From Paracoccaceae bacterium (GTDB taxonomy: Bacteria; Pseudomonadota; Alphaproteobacteria; Rhodobacterales; Rhodobacteraceae), in NCBI GenBank assembly GCA_034111185.1, contig JAWUXS010000026.1, forward strand, positions 49,814 through 113,813: a stretch of DNA of 64,000 nt, given 5' to 3'. The notes under the pieces were generated by a model that did no database searches, was not told the origin of the DNA, and saw nothing but the letters and a program-made list of their open reading frames with translations. The translations under genes and the position numbers were made by a program. Below, one piece after another: positions 38,955-49,436 of the stretch; the stretch's first letter is position 1, and every line of letters begins with the position of its first letter.

Positions 38955-39880
38955 CATTCGAACGTATGGTCCCAATGATCGCACTTGTGTTGATCGGGGC
39001 TGGATGGGCGTTGACACATCCGCTTGGCAAGATGGTGCTGAACGCGGGTTATCCGCCGATTGGGATCATTGCTTGGCAGTTGGTGATCGGTTCTGTTGTG
39101 ACATTCGTTGTGCTGCTGTTTCGGGGCCGCAGGCTTCCATTTACCCGCAAGGCCTTCTTCTTCTGGCTGATGTTGGCGCTGATCGGGACGTTAATCCCTA
39201 ATTTCACCAGCTTTAGCGCGATGCAGCACCTGCCCGCTGGCATCATGTCGATTGTCATCGCGACGATCCCAATGATGTCATTTCCGATAGCGCTCTTGCT
39301 TGGCATCGATCAGTTCTCATACCGTCGGTTATTTGGTCTTTGCCTTGGCCTTGCAGGCGTGTCGTTAATCGCACTACCCGAGGCGAGCCTGCCTGACCGC
39401 GCAATGGTCGCGGTTCTGCCGCTCGCTTTGGTCGCACCGCTATTCTACGCGATCGAAGGGAACGTTGTCGCGAAATGGGGTATGGGCGGGCAGGGGCCCT
39501 TGCGGTTATTATGCGGGGCATCAATCGTTGGCGCTTGCATCGCTGTCCCGATCGCCTTGCAGACAGGCACATTCATCGTACCACAATACCCGCTTCAAAC
39601 GGCAGATTGGGCGATGTTTGGATCATCGGTCATCCATGTGACAGTCTACACCAGCTATGTCTGGCTTGTCGGTCGCGCAGGTTCGGTATTCGCAGGCCAA
39701 GTCAGCTATATGGTGACAGGCTTTGGTGTGATCTGGGCGATGCTGTTATTAGGAGAGCGGTTTTCAGGTTGGATCTGGGCGGCTTTGGTTCTGATGTGTC
39801 TGGGCTTGTTGCTTGTGCAGCCGCGCCAAACAACGCCCCTTGCCACTGACAAGGCCAGCGGCGACACTGACCCTACCTAA
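38951..39880 (+). CDS. DMT/EamA family transporter
   Basis: About 10 TM helices, two EamA repeats. Confidence 0.85.
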   Translation: MTFERMVPMIALVLIGAGWALTHPLGKMVLNAGYPPIGIIAWQLVIGSVVTFVVLLFRGRRLPFTRKAFFFWLMLALIGTLIPNFTSFSAMQHLPAGIMSIVIATIPMMSFPIALLLGIDQFSYRRLFGLCLGLAGVSLIALPEASLPDRAMVAVLPLALVAPLFYAIEGNVVAKWGMGGQGPLRLLCGASIVGACIAVPIALQTGTFIVPQYPLQTADWAMFGSSVIHVTVYTSYVWLVGRAGSVFAGQVSYMVTGFGVIWAMLLLGERFSGWIWAALVLMCLGLLLVQPRQTTPLATDKASGDTDPT

Positions 39881-39895
39881 AACTGGGCCTAAAAC

Positions 39896-41677
39896 GTGAC
39901 TGATCTCTTAGCTCTTTCTGAATTTCAATCGGCCATTCTGGTGCTTTGTGTCGTTGTCGGCATGTTCATCATGTTTCTACGCGAGGTCTATCCAACCGAG
40001 GTGGTCGCGCTGATTGGCGTATCCGTTTTGCTGGTGACGGGCGTTCTGTCCTACGATGACGCGGTCATGGCGTTTGCCAATCCTGCACCTTGGACGATTG
40101 CGGCGATGTTCATCATTGTAGGCGCGTTGGTGCGGACTGGTGCCCTAAACGCATTGACCCTAGTGGTCGAGCGCCAAGCCGCGATTAATCCTGCTCGTGC
40201 TATTGGCGGTGCCTTGGTTTTTGTCGCCTTCGCCAGCGCTATTATGAACAACACACCTCTTGTTGTTGTGATGATCCCTGTGTTCATTCAGCTTTCACGT
40301 AGTTTGGGAACTTCGGCGTCGAAACTACTGATCCCACTTAGTTATGCCGCGATTGTTGGTGGCACAATGACGCTGCTCGGTACGTCGACAAACCTGCTGG
40401 TCGACGGTGTCGCACGATCCCAAGGGCTTAAGCCCTTTACGATTATGGAGATTACGCCGATTGGTTTGGTCGTCGTCGCTTGGACATTCACCTACCTCTA
40501 TTTCTTCGGGAACAAGTTGCTGCCAGAGCGGGCATCGTTGGGGGCGATGCTTTCGGATCGTTCAAAGATGAAATTCTTTTCCGAGGCGGTAATCCCACCC
40601 GATAGCAACCTAATTGGTCGCCAAGCAACTGACGTGCGGCTGTTCAAACGTGACGGCGTGCGTTTGGTCGACGTTGTGCGTGGCGATACGTCTTTGCGCC
40701 GTGATCTTGCGTCGGTGTCTTTAGAAGTCGGAGACCGCGTTATTCTACGTACTGCAATGACCGAGCTTTTGTCGTTGCAAGCCACGCCTGAACTACGCCG
40801 TGTTGATCAGGTATCGTCGGTTGAAACCACAACGGTTGAGGTGCTGATCACACCCAACTGTAAGATGGTTGGCCGCGTTCTTGGATCATTGCGGTTACGT
40901 CGTCGGTTTGCGGTATACACATTGGCAGTTCACCGTCGCGACACGAACATCGACCGACAGATTGATGATATTGTTGTCAAAGTTGGTGACACATTGCTTC
41001 TTGAAGGTGCGCCAGAAGACATTCAGCGTTTGTCTGACGAAATGAACCTTGGCGATGTCTCACGACCATCCGCACGTGCGTTTCGCCGCAACAAAGCACC
41101 GCTGGCCTTTGCCGTACTGATCGGCGTTGTTGTGCTGGCCGCGCTGAACGTGGCACCTATCCTGATGCTGGCAATGATTGGTGTGACCGTGGTCTTAATG
41201 ACCGGTTGCATTGATGCGGACGAGGCGTTTTCCCATGTTGACGGGCGCTTGTTGGCGTTGATCTTTGCGATGCTGGGGGTGGGTGCGGCCTTGCAATCAT
41301 CGGGCGCTGTTGCTTTGGTTGCGGATGCATTGGCCCCTGCGATGCTGGTTCTGCCGCCGTTCTTTGTGGTTCTTGCGGTCTATTTGCTTTCCAGCGTGCT
41401 GACCGAGTTGGTCAGCAACAATGCGGTTGCCGTGGTCATGACACCCATCGCGATTGGCTTGGCCTCAGCGCTTGGTGTTGATCCGCGTCCGCTTGTTGTT
41501 GCGGTGATGATCGCTGCAAGCGCGAGTTTCGCGACACCAATCGGCTATCAAACAAACACGCTAATCTACGGACCGGGGGGCTATAAATTCAGTGACTTCC
41601 TTAAGATTGGTATCCCGTTGAACCTATCACTCGCGCCGATTGTGTCGTTCGTGATTCCGTATATCTGGCCACTTTGA
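39896..41677 (+). CDS. SLC13 family permease with TrkA-C domains
   Basis: SAIMNNT, GGTMTLLGTSTN, central RCK_C pair, ELVSNNA, FATPIGYQTN; GTG start. Confidence 0.9.
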   Translation: MTDLLALSEFQSAILVLCVVVGMFIMFLREVYPTEVVALIGVSVLLVTGVLSYDDAVMAFANPAPWTIAAMFIIVGALVRTGALNALTLVVERQAAINPARAIGGALVFVAFASAIMNNTPLVVVMIPVFIQLSRSLGTSASKLLIPLSYAAIVGGTMTLLGTSTNLLVDGVARSQGLKPFTIMEITPIGLVVVAWTFTYLYFFGNKLLPERASLGAMLSDRSKMKFFSEAVIPPDSNLIGRQATDVRLFKRDGVRLVDVVRGDTSLRRDLASVSLEVGDRVILRTAMTELLSLQATPELRRVDQVSSVETTTVEVLITPNCKMVGRVLGSLRLRRRFAVYTLAVHRRDTNIDRQIDDIVVKVGDTLLLEGAPEDIQRLSDEMNLGDVSRPSARAFRRNKAPLAFAVLIGVVVLAALNVAPILMLAMIGVTVVLMTGCIDADEAFSHVDGRLLALIFAMLGVGAALQSSGAVALVADALAPAMLVLPPFFVVLAVYLLSSVLTELVSNNAVAVVMTPIAIGLASALGVDPRPLVVAVMIAASASFATPIGYQTNTLIYGPGGYKFSDFLKIGIPLNLSLAPIVSFVIPYIWPL

Positions 41678-41809
41678 TCGCCCGGGGGCTGGGCCCAATT
41701 CGTTTTGCTTTGCCCCAACGACCTTTGATGTGAAAGCAACGCTTGCCGCCATGGCGTCGCGTACCCTATAGATGCCCCTGATAATTCAGACGCGTAGACG
41801 AGGTTTCAC

Positions 41810-42559
41810 ATGGCCGGCCACTCCAAATGGGCAAATATTCAACACCGCAAGGGACGTCAGGACAAGATCCGGGCCAAGCTCTTCTCAAAGATGTCGAAAG
41901 AGATCACGGTTGCGGCGAAAATGGGCGACCCTGATCCCGACAAGAACCCGCGTTTGCGCATGGCTATCAAAGAGGCCAAGTCGAGTTCGGTTCCTAAGGA
42001 AGTGATCGACCGTGCTGTGAAGAAATCACAAGCTGGCGAAGGCGATAACTACGACGAGATCCGCTACGAAGGCTACGGCCCGAACGGTGTTGCCGTGATC
42101 GTCGAAGCGATGACCGACAACAAAAACCGCACTGCGTCTACTGTCCGCTCTACCTTCACAAAATGTGGCGGTAATCTGGGCGAGACTGGTTCTGTTGGGT
42201 TCATGTTTGATCGCAAAGGTGCGGTGTCTTACTCCTTATCCGTTGGCGATGCAGACACGGTGATGATGGCCGCAATCGAAGCTGGGGCCGAGGACGTCGA
42301 GAGCGATGAGGACGGCCACGTAATTTATTGCGACGGCACTGACCTGAATAGCGTTTCAACCGCGCTTGAGGCTGAGCTGGGCGAGAGCGACAGCACCAAA
42401 CTGATCTGGAAGCCATCAATGACGACCGAGATGGACCTTGAGGGTTTGACTAAACTGATGCGTCTTGTTGATGCTTTGGAAGATGATGATGACGTGCAAA
42501 ACGTCACCACCAACTTTGAAGCCTCGGACGAGGTAATGACCGAATTTAGCGAAAGCTAA
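41810..42559 (+). CDS. yebC: YebC/PmpR family protein
   Basis: [36 protein letters not shown]. Confidence 0.95.
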   Translation: MAGHSKWANIQHRKGRQDKIRAKLFSKMSKEITVAAKMGDPDPDKNPRLRMAIKEAKSSSVPKEVIDRAVKKSQAGEGDNYDEIRYEGYGPNGVAVIVEAMTDNKNRTASTVRSTFTKCGGNLGETGSVGFMFDRKGAVSYSLSVGDADTVMMAAIEAGAEDVESDEDGHVIYCDGTDLNSVSTALEAELGESDSTKLIWKPSMTTEMDLEGLTKLMRLVDALEDDDDVQNVTTNFEASDEVMTEFSES

Positions 42560-42610
42560 ATCAGGTAACATCCGCTTGCTAATTGCAAGCGGCGCTGCCA
42601 CCGATGACGC

Positions 42611-43504
42611 ATGACATTCTCACCTGCGCATCAAGGCATCTTTTGGATGTTCGTGACCGGCCTCAACTTTGTGGCAGTCACGGCCATCGTAAAATACATC
42701 GGCTCAGATATCCCAGCGGCCGAGGCTGCATTCTTGCGTTATTTGCTGGGGTTGGTGTTCCTGCTACCTATGATCAAGCCGATTATCTCGGCGCATCTGA
42801 CATCAAGACATGTGAAACTGTTTGTGGCGCGTGGGATTGTGCACACGGTTGCTGTGATCTTGTGGTTCTTCGCGATGGCGCGGATCCCCCTCGCTGAGGT
42901 CACAGCGATGAATTACCTTTCTCCGGTTTATGTAACGATAGGAGCGGCACTTTTCCTTGGGGAACGCCTGCCGCCACGCCGCTTAATTGCTGTAATCGTC
43001 GCCCTTTGCGGCGCGATGATCATCCTACGCCCAGGTATCAAAACGGTTGAGCCAGGACATATCGCTATGCTGGCCACTGCCGTTATGTTCGCCGCTGGCT
43101 ACCTGATTGCGAAACGCTTGTCGGATGAACTTAGTCCAGCTGTCGTCGTCGGTATGCTTTCGATCACTGTGACCATTGGATTAGCCCCATTTGCGTTTGC
43201 TGTCTGGGTCACTCCGACGCTTGCCCAGATCGGCTGGTTGTTCCTTGTCGCGTGTTTTGCCACGGCGGGCCACTTGACGATGACCATGGCTTTTGCCGCC
43301 GCACCTTTGACGGTGACGCAGCCAGTGACGTTCTTGCAATTGGTCTGGGCAGTACTGCTAGGCTGGCTGATGTTTGGCGAGGCTATCGACGGCTGGGTCG
43401 TCATTGGCGGCGTGATCATCATGGCGTCGGTCAGTTTCATTACATGGCGAGAGGCGGTGGCCCGCCGCGCTGTGACACCGGTTGTGACGGCAGCCAAGGT
43501 CTAA
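42611..43504 (+). CDS. DMT/EamA family transporter
   Basis: About 10 TM helices; FLGER, ILRPG. Confidence 0.85.
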   Translation: MTFSPAHQGIFWMFVTGLNFVAVTAIVKYIGSDIPAAEAAFLRYLLGLVFLLPMIKPIISAHLTSRHVKLFVARGIVHTVAVILWFFAMARIPLAEVTAMNYLSPVYVTIGAALFLGERLPPRRLIAVIVALCGAMIILRPGIKTVEPGHIAMLATAVMFAAGYLIAKRLSDELSPAVVVGMLSITVTIGLAPFAFAVWVTPTLAQIGWLFLVACFATAGHLTMTMAFAAAPLTVTQPVTFLQLVWAVLLGWLMFGEAIDGWVVIGGVIIMASVSFITWREAVARRAVTPVVTAAKV

Positions 43505-43553
43505 TTAAATCGTAAAATAGTGGTTCGGAAAATACCCGAACTGCGCTGTGTTT

Positions 43554-43577
43554 TTTATTGATTGACGAGTCAATAAA
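43554..43577 (+). promoter_or_regulatory. BetI operator
   Basis: Perfect 8-8-8 dyad TTTATTGA-TTGACGAG-TCAATAAA overlapping a TTGA -35 element upstream of betI; matches the ATTGA..TCAAT BetI-box pattern. Confidence 0.78.
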
Positions 43578-43619
43578 CTTAAGATTAAAGTTCCGGCTTG
43601 TTATTCCCAAGGGGGGACT

Positions 43620-44189
43620 ATGCCGAAACTTGGAATGGAACCGATCCGCCGTGCCGCACTTGTGCAGGCCACAATCGCCGAAATTGGCGAAGCAGGATCG
43701 CTCGATGTGACCGTTAGCAAAATCGCCAAGCGGGCAGGGATGTCGTCTGCATTGGCGCATCATTACTTCGGTGGCAAAGACCAGATTTTTGTCGCGGCGA
43801 TGCGGCAGATTTTGCGTGAATACGGTGATGCCGTCAGGGCAGAGCTATCCCAAGCGGACAACCCAGCGTCGCGTGCGCGTGCCATTCTACGCGCTAATTT
43901 CTCGGATGAATGTTTCGCGCCCGCTTCGGTCAGTGCGTGGATGACGTTCTACGCCCAAGCCCAAACAAACCCAGAAGCGTTGCGCCTTTTACACGTGTAT
44001 CAGCGGCGTCTGCGTTCAAATCTCACGGATGCATTGCGCCCGATGTGTGATGACCCGCAGGCAGCGGCTGAAATGCTCGCGGCCTTGATCGACGGGCTTT
44101 ATATCCGCGCGGCTTTGACTGCGCCGGATGCTGATCCCGTTGGACAGGCGATGGCATTGCTCACAATTTTGACCAAGGGGGCCGCATGA
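43620..44189 (+). CDS. betI: choline-responsive TetR repressor BetI
   Basis: MPKLGMEPIRR, YQRRLRSNL, AALIDGLY. Confidence 0.95.
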   Translation: MPKLGMEPIRRAALVQATIAEIGEAGSLDVTVSKIAKRAGMSSALAHHYFGGKDQIFVAAMRQILREYGDAVRAELSQADNPASRARAILRANFSDECFAPASVSAWMTFYAQAQTNPEALRLLHVYQRRLRSNLTDALRPMCDDPQAAAEMLAALIDGLYIRAALTAPDADPVGQAMALLTILTKGAA

Positions 44190-45694
44190 CCAAGCCGAAC
44201 ATCCTGATTATCATGGTCGACCAGCTGAACGGTACGTTGTTCCCTGACGGCCCCGCCGAATGGCTGCACGCGCCAAATATCAAAAAGCTGGCTGCGCAAT
44301 CTACGCGCTTTGCTAACGCCTACACAGCGTCGCCGCTTTGCGCCCCGGGTCGTGCAAGCTTTATGACCGGACAACTGCCATCGCGCACAGGCGTCTATGA
44401 TAACGCGGCCGAATTCGCCTCTGCGTTGCCGACCTATGCGCACCACCTACGCCGTGCTGGCTACCAAACCTGCCTGTCGGGCAAAATGCACTTTGTTGGC
44501 CCTGATCAACTGCATGGGTTTGAAGAGCGTTTGACCACAGACATTTACCCGCCTGATTTCGGCTGGACACCAGATTACCGCAAACTAGGCGAGCGGATCG
44601 ACTGGTGGTACCACAATATGGGGTCGGTCACTGGTGCTGGCGTCGCGGAAATTTCGAACCAAATGGAATACGACGATGAGGTCGCCTATAATGCGACCCG
44701 CAAGCTCTATGACCTGTCACGCGGCCATGACGCCCGCCCTTGGTGCCTGACCGTCAGCTTTACCCATCCGCACGACCCGTATGTCACCCGCAAGAAATAC
44801 TGGGACCTCTACGAGGATTGCGAACACTTGATGCCAAAAGTCGGCCCGATCCCATACGAAAAGCAAGACGCGCATTCTCAGCGTATTCTGGATGCGAACG
44901 ACCGTGACAACTTCAATATCACGGACAAGATGGTACAACGCGCGCGCCGCGCCTATTTCGCCAACATCTCTTACCTCGATGATAAAGTAGGCGAGGTCCT
45001 GCAAGCTCTCGAGGACACGCGGCAAGAGGCGACGATCTTATTTGTCGCAGACCACGGCGACATGCTGGGTGAGCGTGGCCTTTGGTTCAAGATGTCATTC
45101 TACGATGGCTCGGCCCGCGTGCCGTTCATGGTCTCATCCCCAACGATGGAGCCGGGACTAAGCACGACGCCAATCTCTAACATCGATGTCTGCCCAACCC
45201 TGTGCGACCTCGCTGGTGTCGATATGTCCGAAGTCATGCCATGGACAAGCGGCGAAAGCATCGTCCCCCTCGGCCAAGGCGGCACCCGCGACACACCTGT
45301 CGCTATGGAATACGCCGCCGAAGGCTCTTATGCGCCGCTGGTTTCCCTGCGCTACGGCAAGTGGAAATTCAACATGTGCAGTCTCGACCCCGACCAGCTG
45401 TTCGACATGGAGGCAGACCCGAACGAGCTTACAAACCTCGCGGATCACCCCGACCATCAAGGCACGCGGCTTACCATTAAAGCCAAAGCCCTTAAGCGGT
45501 GGGACCTCGACCGCTTCGATGCAGATGTCCGTCATTCCCAAGCCGGAAGATGGGTCGTCTACGAGGCATTGCGCAACGGTTCCTATTTCCCGTGGGACTA
45601 CCAGCCACTGCAAAAAGCCTCAGAGCGTTACATGCGCAACCACATGGACCTCAATGTTCTCGAAGAAAATCAACGTTTCCCGCGCGGTGAATAA
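44186..45694 (+). CDS. betC: choline sulfatase
   Basis: SPLCAPGR (CxPxR), GKMHFVGPDQLHGF, HPHDPY, ERYMRNH. Confidence 0.95.
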   Translation: MTKPNILIIMVDQLNGTLFPDGPAEWLHAPNIKKLAAQSTRFANAYTASPLCAPGRASFMTGQLPSRTGVYDNAAEFASALPTYAHHLRRAGYQTCLSGKMHFVGPDQLHGFEERLTTDIYPPDFGWTPDYRKLGERIDWWYHNMGSVTGAGVAEISNQMEYDDEVAYNATRKLYDLSRGHDARPWCLTVSFTHPHDPYVTRKKYWDLYEDCEHLMPKVGPIPYEKQDAHSQRILDANDRDNFNITDKMVQRARRAYFANISYLDDKVGEVLQALEDTRQEATILFVADHGDMLGERGLWFKMSFYDGSARVPFMVSSPTMEPGLSTTPISNIDVCPTLCDLAGVDMSEVMPWTSGESIVPLGQGGTRDTPVAMEYAAEGSYAPLVSLRYGKWKFNMCSLDPDQLFDMEADPNELTNLADHPDHQGTRLTIKAKALKRWDLDRFDADVRHSQAGRWVVYEALRNGSYFPWDYQPLQKASERYMRNHMDLNVLEENQRFPRGE

Positions 45695-45697
45695 TTC

Positions 45698-45731
45698 GCT
45701 CGCTTTGTTTAAAATACTCCCGCCGGAGGCA
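45698..45731 (+). repeat. 34-bp dispersed intergenic repeat, copy 2
   Basis: GCTCGCTTTGTTTAAAATACTCCCGCCGGAGGCA. Confidence 0.8.
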
Positions 45732-45745
45732 AGAAAGTTAATCAA

Positions 45746-47206
45746 ATGACCTATCCAACCCAGCCTACATCCAGCCACTTTATCAATGGCCAATATGTCG
45801 AAGACACCGCGGGTGACGTGATCGACGTGATCTACCCTGCAACGGGCGAAGTCATCGCAAAACTGCACGCAGCGACCCCTGCCGTAATCGAGCAGGCACT
45901 GGCTGCAGCTGAGGCCGCTCAGAAAATTTGGGCCGCAATGACAGGCACCGAGCGTGGCCGCGTTTTGCGCCGCACCGCTGATATCATGCGCGAACGGAAC
46001 CACGATCTTTCCGTGCTTGAGACATATGACACCGGTAAACCCTACCAAGAAACATCCGTGGTTGATGCGACGTCGGGCGCTGACGCGCTTGAATATTTCG
46101 GCGGCCTTGCTGGCAGCCTGACAGGTGAACACATTCAGTTGGGCGAAGATTTTGTCTACACACGCCGCGAACCATTGGGCGTTTGTGTTGGCATTGGCGC
46201 ATGGAACTACCCGACACAAATCGCGTGTTGGAAAGGCGCACCTGCGCTGGCGTGTGGTAACTCCATGATCTTCAAGCCTTCTGAGACAACACCGCTTTGC
46301 GCACTGAAAGTGGCCGAGATCATGATCGAGGCTGGCGCACCCGCTGGTGTTTACAACGTGATCCAAGGTTACGGTGCTGTTGGTGCCGCACTAATTGTTG
46401 ATGACCGCGTGGCCAAGGTCTCGCTGACAGGTTCCGTGCCAACTGGCAAAAAGGTTTACGCCGCTGCTGCTGCAAACATCAAACACGTCACGATGGAATT
46501 GGGTGGCAAGTCGCCATTGGTCATCTTTGACGATGCTGATCTTGAAAATGCCGTATCCGGTGCGATCCTTGCGAATTTCTATTCAACCGGACAAGTCTGT
46601 TCAAACGGCACGCGAGTCTTTGTGCAAAAGGGCATCAAAGAGGCGTTTCTTAATCGCCTCAAAGAACGGCTTGAGACGGGCATCATCATGGGCGACCCAA
46701 TGGACGAGGTCACGAACTTTGGTCCTATGGCATCCGACAGGCAGCGCCAGATCGTTGCAGGCTACATCGCAAAAGGTATCGACGAGGGCGCGCGCCTTAT
46801 CACTGGTGGCAAAACGATCGACCGCGACGGTTTCTTTATTGAGGCCACGGTTTTTGCTGACGTGACTGACGACATGACAATCGCCCGCGAAGAGATTTTC
46901 GGGCCAGTGATGTCCGTTCTTGATTTTGATACCGAGGATGAGGCACTAACCCGCGCCAATGATACTGAATTTGGCCTCGCCGCAGGTGTCTTTACCAATG
47001 ACCTGACCCGCGCGCACCGTATGGCCGCTGGGTTTGAAGCTGGCACATGCTTTATCAACACGTTCAACCTTGCACCGGTTGAGGCACCGTTTGGAGGTTC
47101 AAAACTTTCTGGTGTTGGGCGTGAAAACTCTAAGGCTGCAATCGAACATTATTCAGAACTCAAAGGCGTTTACGTCGGTATGGGCGATGTCGAGGCACCG
47201 TTTTAA
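45746..47206 (+). CDS. betB: betaine-aldehyde dehydrogenase
   Basis: [35 protein letters not shown]. Confidence 0.95.
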   Translation: MTYPTQPTSSHFINGQYVEDTAGDVIDVIYPATGEVIAKLHAATPAVIEQALAAAEAAQKIWAAMTGTERGRVLRRTADIMRERNHDLSVLETYDTGKPYQETSVVDATSGADALEYFGGLAGSLTGEHIQLGEDFVYTRREPLGVCVGIGAWNYPTQIACWKGAPALACGNSMIFKPSETTPLCALKVAEIMIEAGAPAGVYNVIQGYGAVGAALIVDDRVAKVSLTGSVPTGKKVYAAAAANIKHVTMELGGKSPLVIFDDADLENAVSGAILANFYSTGQVCSNGTRVFVQKGIKEAFLNRLKERLETGIIMGDPMDEVTNFGPMASDRQRQIVAGYIAKGIDEGARLITGGKTIDRDGFFIEATVFADVTDDMTIAREEIFGPVMSVLDFDTEDEALTRANDTEFGLAAGVFTNDLTRAHRMAAGFEAGTCFINTFNLAPVEAPFGGSKLSGVGRENSKAAIEHYSELKGVYVGMGDVEAPF

Positions 47207-48864
47207 TGAAAGCTGATTATGTCATCATCGGCGCTGGCAGTGCAGGCTGTGCAATGGCCTACCGATTGGCCGAAGCTGGCCAGTCTGTCATCGTGATCGA
47301 ACACGGCGGCACCGACGCAGGGCCGTTCATCCAGATGCCAGGTGCTTTGTCTTATCCGATGAATATGAAGCGCTATGACTGGGGCATGCAAACCGAGCCT
47401 GAACCGCATCTTGGGGGGCGTAAATTGGTCACGCCACGCGGTAAAGTGATCGGTGGTTCATCGTCGATCAACGGCATGATTTACGTGCGTGGCCACGCCC
47501 ATGATTATGACCATTGGGCCGAAAGCGGCGCGCAGGGATGGGGTTATGCCGATGTGTTGCCCTACTTTAAGCGTATGGAGAATTGGCACGAAGGCGGCCA
47601 TGGCGGTGACGCTGCTTGGCGGGGCAACAAAGGACCGCTGCACATCTCGCGCGGACCACGTAAGAACCCCCTAACACGCGCGTTTGTTAAGGCAGGCGGA
47701 CAGGCAGGGTATCAGCTGACGGGGGATTACAACGGCGAGCAGCAAGAGGGGTTTGGCCCTTTTGATGCAACGATCTGGAAAGGTCGGCGCTGGTCTGCGG
47801 CGAATGCTTATCTACGGCCTGCATTGAAGCGGGCGAACTGTAAGCTTGTCCAAGCGTTTGCACGTAAGATTGTCATCGAAGACGGACGCGCTGTTGGTGT
47901 TGAGGTCGACCGCAAAGGTAACCGCGAGATTATTCACGCTGGTCGCGAAGTCATCGTTGCCGCTTCTTCGTTAAACTCACCCAAGCTGCTAATGCTATCT
48001 GGCATTGGCCCTGCGAAACATCTGGCAGAACACGGGATCGACGTTGTTGTCGATCGCCCCGGTGTTGGGCAAAACCTGCAAGATCACCTTGAGCTTTATA
48101 TCCAGCAAGCATCCACCAAGCCTGTGTCGTTGTTCAAACATTGGAACCTTTGGGGCAAAGCAAAAATCGGTCTGGAGTGGCTGCTGTGGCAAACAGGTCT
48201 TGGCGCATCGAACCAGTTTGAAAGCGCGGGCTTTATCCGGTCCAAAGCGGGCATTGCCTATCCGGATATCCAGTTCCACTTTCTGCCGATCGCTGTGCGG
48301 TATGACGGCAAAGTTGCCGCAGAAGGTCATGGATATCAGGCACATGTTGGACCAATGCGATCTGTTTCTCGTGGCTCTGTGACTTTGCGTTCTGCTGATC
48401 CGGTTGATCATCCCGTTATTCAGTTCAATTACATGTCTGACCCGTCAGATTGGGAAGACTTCCGCAATTGCATCCGCCTAACCCGCGAGATTTTTGCCCA
48501 AGACGCCTTTGCGCCGTTCCGCGGCAAAGAGATCCAGCCAGGGGTGGAATTGCAAAGCGATGAAGAGCTTGATGCGTTTATCTGCGAACATGTTGAAAGC
48601 GCGTATCATCCATGTGGCACATGCAAGATGGGTGCCGTGGACGATCCAATGGCTGTCGTTGATCACGAGGCACGGGTTATTGGCGTCAAAGGTCTGCGAC
48701 TTGCTGATAGTTCCATTTTCCCGCGCATCACCAACGGCAATCTGAATGCGCCATCAATTATGGTTGGGGAAAAGACAGCAGATCACATCCTAGGACGCAC
48801 GCCACTTGCGCCAATGAATGACGTGCCTTGGGTGCATCCAGAATGGGAAACGGCGCAGCGTTAA
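47206..48864 (+). CDS. betA: choline dehydrogenase
   Basis: [33 protein letters not shown]. Confidence 0.96.
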   Translation: MKADYVIIGAGSAGCAMAYRLAEAGQSVIVIEHGGTDAGPFIQMPGALSYPMNMKRYDWGMQTEPEPHLGGRKLVTPRGKVIGGSSSINGMIYVRGHAHDYDHWAESGAQGWGYADVLPYFKRMENWHEGGHGGDAAWRGNKGPLHISRGPRKNPLTRAFVKAGGQAGYQLTGDYNGEQQEGFGPFDATIWKGRRWSAANAYLRPALKRANCKLVQAFARKIVIEDGRAVGVEVDRKGNREIIHAGREVIVAASSLNSPKLLMLSGIGPAKHLAEHGIDVVVDRPGVGQNLQDHLELYIQQASTKPVSLFKHWNLWGKAKIGLEWLLWQTGLGASNQFESAGFIRSKAGIAYPDIQFHFLPIAVRYDGKVAAEGHGYQAHVGPMRSVSRGSVTLRSADPVDHPVIQFNYMSDPSDWEDFRNCIRLTREIFAQDAFAPFRGKEIQPGVELQSDEELDAFICEHVESAYHPCGTCKMGAVDDPMAVVDHEARVIGVKGLRLADSSIFPRITNGNLNAPSIMVGEKTADHILGRTPLAPMNDVPWVHPEWETAQR

Positions 48865-49319
48865 GCTGCGCCTTCGTCCGTACCTTCGACCTGCGCTTGA
48901 AAGTTCTCAAAGAACTGATCGGCCATCTTGCGTGCAAAGCCGCCAACGATGCGGCTGCCCAATTGCGCCAGTTTCCCGCCGACTTTGGCTGTCGCACCAT
49001 ATGTTAGCTCTGTGCCTTCGGGGACAGTGACCAGCGTTACATCTGCGCTGCCTTTGGCAAAACCAGCAACGCCGCCTTTGCCTTCGCCAACGATCGTATA
49101 GCTTTCGCCTTCGATCACATTTTCAAGTGTCACAGCGCCTTTGAATGTTGCGGATACTGGGCCTACTTTTTGTTTTACTGTCGCGGCAAACCCCTCTTCG
49201 GGTGACCCTGTCAATTCTTGGCAACCAGGAATGCAGGCGGCTAGAGTTTCGGCGTCATTCAAGCGCGCCCAAACAGTCGCTTTGTCGGCTGCGATGACAC
49301 GTGTTCCGCTAAGTTCCAT
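48861..49319 (-). CDS. coxG: CoxG-like SRPBCC protein
   Basis: [34 protein letters not shown]. Confidence 0.8.
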   Translation of the reverse strand: MELSGTRVIAADKATVWARLNDAETLAACIPGCQELTGSPEEGFAATVKQKVGPVSATFKGAVTLENVIEGESYTIVGEGKGGVAGFAKGSADVTLVTVPEGTELTYGATAKVGGKLAQLGSRIVGGFARKMADQFFENFQAQVEGTDEGAA

Positions 49320-49436
49320 GCTTAATCTCCTGCATTCTGTAAGGCGTTAAATTGCGAGGGTACGCATGAATTGGCAAGCACTATCGCGACGTATTGATGT
49401 GAAATTTGACGTTTTCCGCTGGGTTGGGCGCATGCA

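Noticed and set aside
44640-45694. Apparent C-rich codon shift in betC suggesting a recombined tract
   Set aside because: Spot counts gave about 55-62% GC, not clearly above background; a formal codon analysis would be needed.
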